From positions 192,001 through 256,000 of the forward strand of contig JBFWMA010000002.1 of the NCBI GenBank assembly GCA_050251875.1: 64,000 nucleotides of DNA, given 5' to 3'. The notes under the pieces are model-generated. The model had not been told where the DNA came from. It made no database searches and saw only the letters and a program-made list of their open reading frames with translations. The position numbers were made by a program, and so were the translations under genes. This DNA comes from Deferribacterales bacterium (GTDB taxonomy: Bacteria; Chrysiogenota; Deferribacteres; Deferribacterales; Geovibrionaceae). Positions 57,752 to 64,000 of the stretch are shown here, piece after piece; within the stretch, counting starts at the first letter, position 1, and each line of letters opens with the position of its first letter.

Positions 57752-58372
57752 ATGAAAATTGAAGTGATACTGACAGGTCCTCTGAGAGTGAATTGCAGTG
57801 TGATAAGCAAGAACGGAAAAGCTGTGATAGTAGATCCCGGCGGAGATGCCGATGAGATAGAAGAATTGCTGGAAAAGAACGCCCTGAAGCCTCTGGCGAT
57901 AGTGAATACCCACGGACATTTCGATCATATAGGCGCGGTAAAGTCTCTGGCGGACAAATACGCCATACCTTTTCTGATGCATAAAGATGACGAGTTTCTG
58001 TTGGCGCAGGGTGATAAAATAATGAAGATGTACGGGTTCGGCGGAATGAAAGAGCCGTCTGTGACCGAAAATATTTCAGACGGTCAGGTTCTGTCGTTTG
58101 ACGGGATAGATATGAAGGTTATACACACCCCGGGACACACACCCGGCGGATGCTGTTTTTATCTTGAAGAGGCGCAGACGCTGATAACCGGCGACACGCT
58201 TTTTCTGGAGTCTGTGGGCAGGTCGGATTTTCCTTACAGCGACACGGACGCCCTGATAGCAGGCATTACAGAGAAACTCTTTCTGCTGGACGACAGCGTT
58301 CGGGTGATCCCCGGACACGGCGCTTTCAGCAGTATCGGGCATGAAAAAGAGCGCAATCCTTATGTTCGTTAA
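57752..58372 (+). CDS. MBL-fold metallo-hydrolase (glyoxalase II-like)
   Basis: 'THGHFDHIG', 'TPGHTPG', 'GDTLF', 'PGHG'. Confidence 0.92.
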   Translation: MKIEVILTGPLRVNCSVISKNGKAVIVDPGGDADEIEELLEKNALKPLAIVNTHGHFDHIGAVKSLADKYAIPFLMHKDDEFLLAQGDKIMKMYGFGGMKEPSVTENISDGQVLSFDGIDMKVIHTPGHTPGGCCFYLEEAQTLITGDTLFLESVGRSDFPYSDTDALIAGITEKLFLLDDSVRVIPGHGAFSSIGHEKERNPYVR

Positions 58373-58399
58373 CGTAAGTGGCTTGCCTCATTTGGATTA

Positions 58400-58427
58400 T
58401 TGACTTATAGCTCATATCTGTTAATAT
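58400..58427 (+). promoter_or_regulatory. Putative sigma70 promoter (extended -10) for tsaB
   Basis: TTGACT-16nt-(TG)-TAATAT. Confidence 0.5.
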
Positions 58428-58434
58428 AGTGAAA

Positions 58435-59019
58435 ATGAAGTATATGCTTGTTGACACATCCGGGAAGGGACTTGCGGTAACTGTTTGCGATGAAAAAAGA
58501 ACTCCTTTTTCTTCCCTTTTTCTGACGTTAGACAACTCCCTCAGTGAAAAAATGCTCTGGGCTATGGATAATTTTTTATCCGCCTCCGGCTTGACCACTG
58601 CGGATATTGACAGGTATTATATAGTGAAGGGTCCCGGCTCTTTCACGGGTATACGCATCGGCGTGGGAGCTCTTTTGGGCTTCTGTATGGCACACGGCAA
58701 AGAGCTGACAGGGATCAGCTCCCTCGATGCCGCCGCCATCGTCAGCGGACGTGACAGGGTTAAAACCGCTGTAAAGCTCAGAGGCACTCTTTACGGCTTT
58801 CGTGAATATGATTTTACAGAAAACAGATTCTCCGACTATCAGACAGAAAAACTGACTGATATTGGGGATTTTTTTGTCGTTAACAGCGGAGGCTATCCGC
58901 ATGATCTGTCAAAAGCGGTGCTTTCTGACAGATTCGACATGTTTACAGGGGATTACGCCCCTATGTATATGCGACCCAGCGAAGCGGAGATTAATTTCGA
59001 CGAGCGCCACGGGGGCTGA
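58435..59019 (+). CDS. tsaB: tRNA t6A biosynthesis protein TsaB
   Basis: 'DTS', 'GPGSFTGIRIG', 'P.YMR.SEAE'. Confidence 0.9.
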   Translation: MKYMLVDTSGKGLAVTVCDEKRTPFSSLFLTLDNSLSEKMLWAMDNFLSASGLTTADIDRYYIVKGPGSFTGIRIGVGALLGFCMAHGKELTGISSLDAAAIVSGRDRVKTAVKLRGTLYGFREYDFTENRFSDYQTEKLTDIGDFFVVNSGGYPHDLSKAVLSDRFDMFTGDYAPMYMRPSEAEINFDERHGG

Positions 59020-59021
59020 CA

Positions 59022-59453
59022 TTGATAAGAAAGGCATCGGCAGACGATTTGGATGCTGTTATGATGATAGAACAGGCGAGCTTTTCCCGCCCCTGGAGCA
59101 GAAAGTCATTCGAGGCGGAGCTTTTTAAGGCTTCCGGAAACTTTCTGGTCTGTGAGACGGATGGAGAGATTTCCGGGTATATCATCTTCTGGACTGTTCT
59201 GGACGAGGCAGAGATAGCCGATGTGGCTGTGGCTGAGAAGTTTAAACGACAGCGGATAGCTGAAAAGCTGATAAACCGCTGTATAGAGCTGAATACAGAC
59301 ACCAGGGTAATTTATCTGGAAGTGGGCAGAGAGAACGAGCCCGCTGTCAGATTGTATAAAAAACTTGGCTTCAATGTAAATGGTGAGATAAAAGATTATT
59401 ACGGCGCAGGAAAAAACGCTCTTAGAATGTCTCTTGAGCTGTGCCGAAAATAG
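59022..59453 (+). CDS. rimI: Ribosomal-protein-alanine N-acetyltransferase RimI
   Basis: 'IE..SF..PWS', 'LEV...N..A..LY.K.GF...KDYY'; follows tsaB. Confidence 0.92.
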   Translation: MIRKASADDLDAVMMIEQASFSRPWSRKSFEAELFKASGNFLVCETDGEISGYIIFWTVLDEAEIADVAVAEKFKRQRIAEKLINRCIELNTDTRVIYLEVGRENEPAVRLYKKLGFNVNGEIKDYYGAGKNALRMSLELCRK

Positions 59454-59464
59454 GGGTGACTGAA

Positions 59465-59698
59465 ATGCTTAGAACTGAAACCGCGATAGTTGAAAAATTA
59501 TGCCAGTCTAACGCAGAGTTTAAAGAACTGTTTGATAACCACATCAGATATGAGCAGGATCTGGAGGCATTATACAGCCTTAAATATTTTCCGCCGGAAG
59601 TAGAGGCGAAAATGAAAGAACTGAAAGTTATGAAACTCAGAGGAAAAGAAAGAATAGAACAAATGATAATTAAATACAAATCTGAGAACGGTTTATAG
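59465..59698 (+). CDS. DUF465/YdcH-like small coiled-coil protein
   Basis: 'EFKELF..H', 'ELK..KL..KE.I'; ATG 59465 after GGGGTG. Confidence 0.75.
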   Translation: MLRTETAIVEKLCQSNAEFKELFDNHIRYEQDLEALYSLKYFPPEVEAKMKELKVMKLRGKERIEQMIIKYKSENGL

Positions 59699-59708
59699 GG
59701 AGATTTCG

Positions 59709-60848
59709 ATGAACGACAAAAACTATCTGTTTACATCTGAATCAGTTAGCGAGGGACACCCCGACAAAATGGCTGACCAGATATCAGACGCTATACTGGA
59801 CGCGATGCTGACAGATGATCCTTACAGCAGGGTTGCCTGTGAAACACTTGTCACAACAGGTCTTGCTGTTATTTCAGGTGAAGTTACAACATCAACATAT
59901 GTAGATATTCAGACCACAGTAAGAAACACCATCAGAGAAATAGGATACACCAGAGCTAAATACGGCTTTGACGCTGACACATGCGGTATCATCATCACTC
60001 TGAACAAACAGTCTCCTGACATCGCCATGGGCGTGGATACAGGCGGCGCCGGAGACCAGGGGCTTATGTTCGGATTCGCTTGTGACGAAACACCCGAGCT
60101 GATGCCTATGCCTATCATGCTCTCTCACCAGATCACAAAAAAACTGGCTGAAGTGCGCAAAAGCGGCGAGCTGGACTATCTCCGTCCCGACAGCAAATCA
60201 CAGGTGACAATAGAATATGACGGATACAAACCCGTTCGTGTGGACACTGTGGTTGTCAGCTCACAGCACTCAGAAGATGTCAAAATGGATGATCTGAAAC
60301 ACGACATCATCGAAAAAGTCATCAAAGAGGTTATCCCCTCCGGAATGTATGACGATAAATGCAAATATCACATAAACCCCACAGGACGCTTTGTGATAGG
60401 CGGACCTATGGGCGACTGCGGTCTTACCGGACGTAAAATCATCGTTGATACATACGGCGGTATGGGTCGCCACGGCGGCGGCGCTTTCAGCGGAAAAGAC
60501 CCGTCAAAAGTTGACCGTTCTGCCGCATATGCCGCCAGATGGGTTGCCAAAAACATAGTTGCCGCCGGTCTCGCGAAAAGATGCGAGGTTCAGGTTGCCT
60601 ACGCTATCGGCGTAGCTGAGCCCGTCAGCGTTATGGTAAACACATTCGGCACATCTGAAATGCCTGAGCGCATCATAGAAAAAGCTGTTAAAGAGGTTTT
60701 CGATCTCACACCTAAAGGCATCATGACCGCTCTTGACCTCAGAAAACCCATATACAAAAAGACAGCCGCATACGGTCACTTCGGACGCAATGAGTTCAGC
60801 TGGGAACAAACCAATAAGGTTTCTGATCTTAAGTCCGCAATCCGCTAA
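59709..60848 (+). CDS. metK: S-adenosylmethionine synthetase
   Basis: '[11 protein letters not shown]', 'GAGDQG', 'GGGAFSGKD', 'YGHFGR'. Confidence 0.98.
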   Translation: MNDKNYLFTSESVSEGHPDKMADQISDAILDAMLTDDPYSRVACETLVTTGLAVISGEVTTSTYVDIQTTVRNTIREIGYTRAKYGFDADTCGIIITLNKQSPDIAMGVDTGGAGDQGLMFGFACDETPELMPMPIMLSHQITKKLAEVRKSGELDYLRPDSKSQVTIEYDGYKPVRVDTVVVSSQHSEDVKMDDLKHDIIEKVIKEVIPSGMYDDKCKYHINPTGRFVIGGPMGDCGLTGRKIIVDTYGGMGRHGGGAFSGKDPSKVDRSAAYAARWVAKNIVAAGLAKRCEVQVAYAIGVAEPVSVMVNTFGTSEMPERIIEKAVKEVFDLTPKGIMTALDLRKPIYKKTAAYGHFGRNEFSWEQTNKVSDLKSAIR

Positions 60849-60865
60849 TAACTAACAAACTTTAT

Positions 60866-60892
60866 ACTGCCGCAGGCGTACCCTGCGGCAGT
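60866..60892 (+). other. Perfect 11-bp intergenic hairpin (mRNA stabiliser or weak terminator)
   Basis: ACTGCCGCAGG-CGTAC-CCTGCGGCAGT. Confidence 0.7.
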
Positions 60893-60914
60893 TGTATTTA
60901 CAGGTGATTATATA

Positions 60915-62318
<1,404 letters not shown>

Positions 62319-62327
62319 TCTCCTGAT

Positions 62328-63695
62328 ATGGTAAAACAGTTCTACGATATAGTGGTCATCGGTGCCGGTCCTGCCGGCATCGAATGTGCCAAAAAGCTGG
62401 GCGACAACGGAAAGGAAGTTCTGCTGATAGACAAAATTGTCGGCGGGAATTACTGTTATTCCGGAAGCGCCGTGTCCAATATCCTCCTGCACATCAGTTA
62501 TCTCTATGAGAGAACAGTGAATAAATCCTCTAACTTCGTGGATGTGGACTGTGACAAGCCTCTTGCTTTTGACTTTAAAAAAGCCAAGAAGCATGTTGAC
62601 GGTTCTGTGGCGAAGATAATCAAAGGATTTATAGAGGATCTGGACGCCGCAAACGTTATGAGTCTGAAGGGACATGCGGTTTTTGAAGATGCGCAGACTC
62701 TCAGGGTCACAGACGACAAGCAGTCTTATCTTATCGGTTTCAACAAGGCAGTGGTCGCCGTTGGCTCATGCAACATGGCTTCCAACGTGCCTACAACTAA
62801 GAAATTAATCGATTCCACAAACATATTCGACATGACCGCAACGCCCAAGAGCGTGATAATCGTGGGCGGCGGGTTCATAGGAACAGAATACGCCACTTTT
62901 TTCCGCCGTATCGGCTCCACCGTAACCATCATAGAGAAGACGGACAGAATTCTGAGCACCGTTGACCGTCAGGTGGTGAAAGAATATGAAGACCAGATGA
63001 AAAAGAACGGTGTGGAAATAATCAAAGGCGTCTCTGTTGAGCGTATTGAAAAGGTCGGCAACAAGACCATCGTCTTTCTGAATAACGACACAAAGCTGGA
63101 ATCGGAAGAGGTTTTTGTCTCCATAGGCAGAAAGCCGAACATCCATAAGCTGTGTCCGGAAAAAGCCGGTATCAGGTTCTATGACGATGGACTGCCTAAG
63201 CTGACAAAGAAACTCCGCTCTTCCAACAGATCAATTTACATCATAGGCGATACCACAGGTATCAACATGTTCGTGAACTGGGCTTTCATGTCCGCTGAAA
63301 TAGCAGCTAACGATATTCTGGAACAGGAAAAGAACATCTCTGCCGATTATTGTCCCAGAATCCTCAAACTTGATCCGGAGATAGCGGCGGTGGGCATCAG
63401 CGAGGATGACGCAAAAAGCCTTAAACTGGATTATAAAGTTATCAGGCATAATTTCAAAAACTTTGAAAACTCCATAGTGCACGGCACCATAAAGGGTTTC
63501 ATAAAGATTATCTATGAAGAGAACACAAAGAAGATTCTCGGATGCCACGCTGTGGGCGGCGGCGCTTCTGAGCTGGTTACTACGTTCGCTATGATGCTTC
63601 AGTCCAGAATATCTCTGAACAGGCTGGAGGATTTCGTATTCAACCATCCCACTTTCTGCGGTGTTCTCGGCGAGATAGCGGGAAAAATAAAATGA
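62328..63695 (+). CDS. Dihydrolipoamide dehydrogenase-family FAD/NAD oxidoreductase lacking the canonical redox disulfide
   Basis: 'GAGPAG', 'GGGFIGTE', 'IGD', C-terminal 'HPT'; the CxxxxC motif is absent. Confidence 0.85.
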   Translation: MVKQFYDIVVIGAGPAGIECAKKLGDNGKEVLLIDKIVGGNYCYSGSAVSNILLHISYLYERTVNKSSNFVDVDCDKPLAFDFKKAKKHVDGSVAKIIKGFIEDLDAANVMSLKGHAVFEDAQTLRVTDDKQSYLIGFNKAVVAVGSCNMASNVPTTKKLIDSTNIFDMTATPKSVIIVGGGFIGTEYATFFRRIGSTVTIIEKTDRILSTVDRQVVKEYEDQMKKNGVEIIKGVSVERIEKVGNKTIVFLNNDTKLESEEVFVSIGRKPNIHKLCPEKAGIRFYDDGLPKLTKKLRSSNRSIYIIGDTTGINMFVNWAFMSAEIAANDILEQEKNISADYCPRILKLDPEIAAVGISEDDAKSLKLDYKVIRHNFKNFENSIVHGTIKGFIKIIYEENTKKILGCHAVGGGASELVTTFAMMLQSRISLNRLEDFVFNHPTFCGVLGEIAGKIK

Positions 63696-64000
63696 AAACA
63701 ATATACAGCCTTATTGTCTGGATTATCTTTGGCTCAATGACCGTTTTTCTGGTTATTCTGGGTATCCCTTTCGTTATTCTGGGCAAAAATCCTTATATGT
63801 ATCTCTCCAGAGTCTGGGCGAGGATGAGTTCCGCTCTGTTTCTGGTGCGTTATGAGGTGGAAGGGCTGGAGAAGATAGAGCCGGACAAAAACTATGTTTT
63901 CATGGGAAACCACCAGAGCTATGTGGATATTTTCTCCATGATAACAATCATAGATAAAAAATTCATATTTATGGCAAAACGTGAGCTGTTCAAAATTCCC
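63692..64000 (+). CDS. plsC: 1-acyl-sn-glycerol-3-phosphate acyltransferase (3' truncated; absent from the ORF track)
   Basis: Hand translation MKTIYSLIVW...NYVFMGNHQSYVD...FMAKRELFKIP; HxxxxD motif; ATGA overlap. Confidence 0.9.
   Translation, partial: MKTIYSLIVWIIFGSMTVFLVILGIPFVILGKNPYMYLSRVWARMSSALFLVRYEVEGLEKIEPDKNYVFMGNHQSYVDIFSMITIIDKKFIFMAKRELFKIP

Noticed and set aside
60849..60914. SAH/SAM riboswitch before ahcY
   Set aside because: Only a simple perfect hairpin in a 66-nt gap; no conserved aptamer core recognised.

Overview
Gene-dense chromosomal backbone of a motile, Gram-negative, probably microaerophilic or facultatively anaerobic bacterium. Gene content and order suggest Deferribacterota, but that is an inference with no database check. 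No rRNA, tRNA, CRISPR array, transposase or prophage was seen. From left to right: AraC + VOC pair; a cell-envelope cluster (FecR-domain protein, three LPP20-type lipoproteins, MltC-like lytic transglycosylase); STAS protein, orphan hydrogenase cytochrome b, YfbR, EAL-HDOD; ACT-malic enzyme + TAXI-TRAP transporter + aminotransferase; a putative Cu/cytochrome biogenesis pair and EamA; a 151-bp tandem repeat joining two convergent genes; an Rrf2-led cbb3 oxidase operon (ccoN, ccoO-cyt c fusion, FixP_N, ccoQ, ccoG, FixH, a 28-aa microprotein, ccoS, ccoI); maeB; xerD-tRNA nucleotidyltransferase-phoH-ybeY-corC-era-mgtE-recO; fbp-nfo-...-proC; a sigma54-driven small membrane protein; leuB, lptFG; a sigma28 fliD-fliS-orf-fliT-like operon; ihfB, murJ, dtd, tsaB, rimI, metK, ahcY, a degenerate Lpd-like flavoprotein and plsC (partial). 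The four most interesting signals are: (1) a 109-aa protein right after fliS that looks like an isolated flagellin C-terminal (FliS-binding) segment on an FlgM-like N-terminus; (2) a multi-hairpin 111-bp element present twice, bounded by three palindromic 40-bp repeats that each re-encode the ccoI C-terminus with only synonymous changes; (3) small membrane proteins in the cbb3 operon that the ORF track missed; (4) 11-residue repeats shared by the FecR protein and the lytic transglycosylase.
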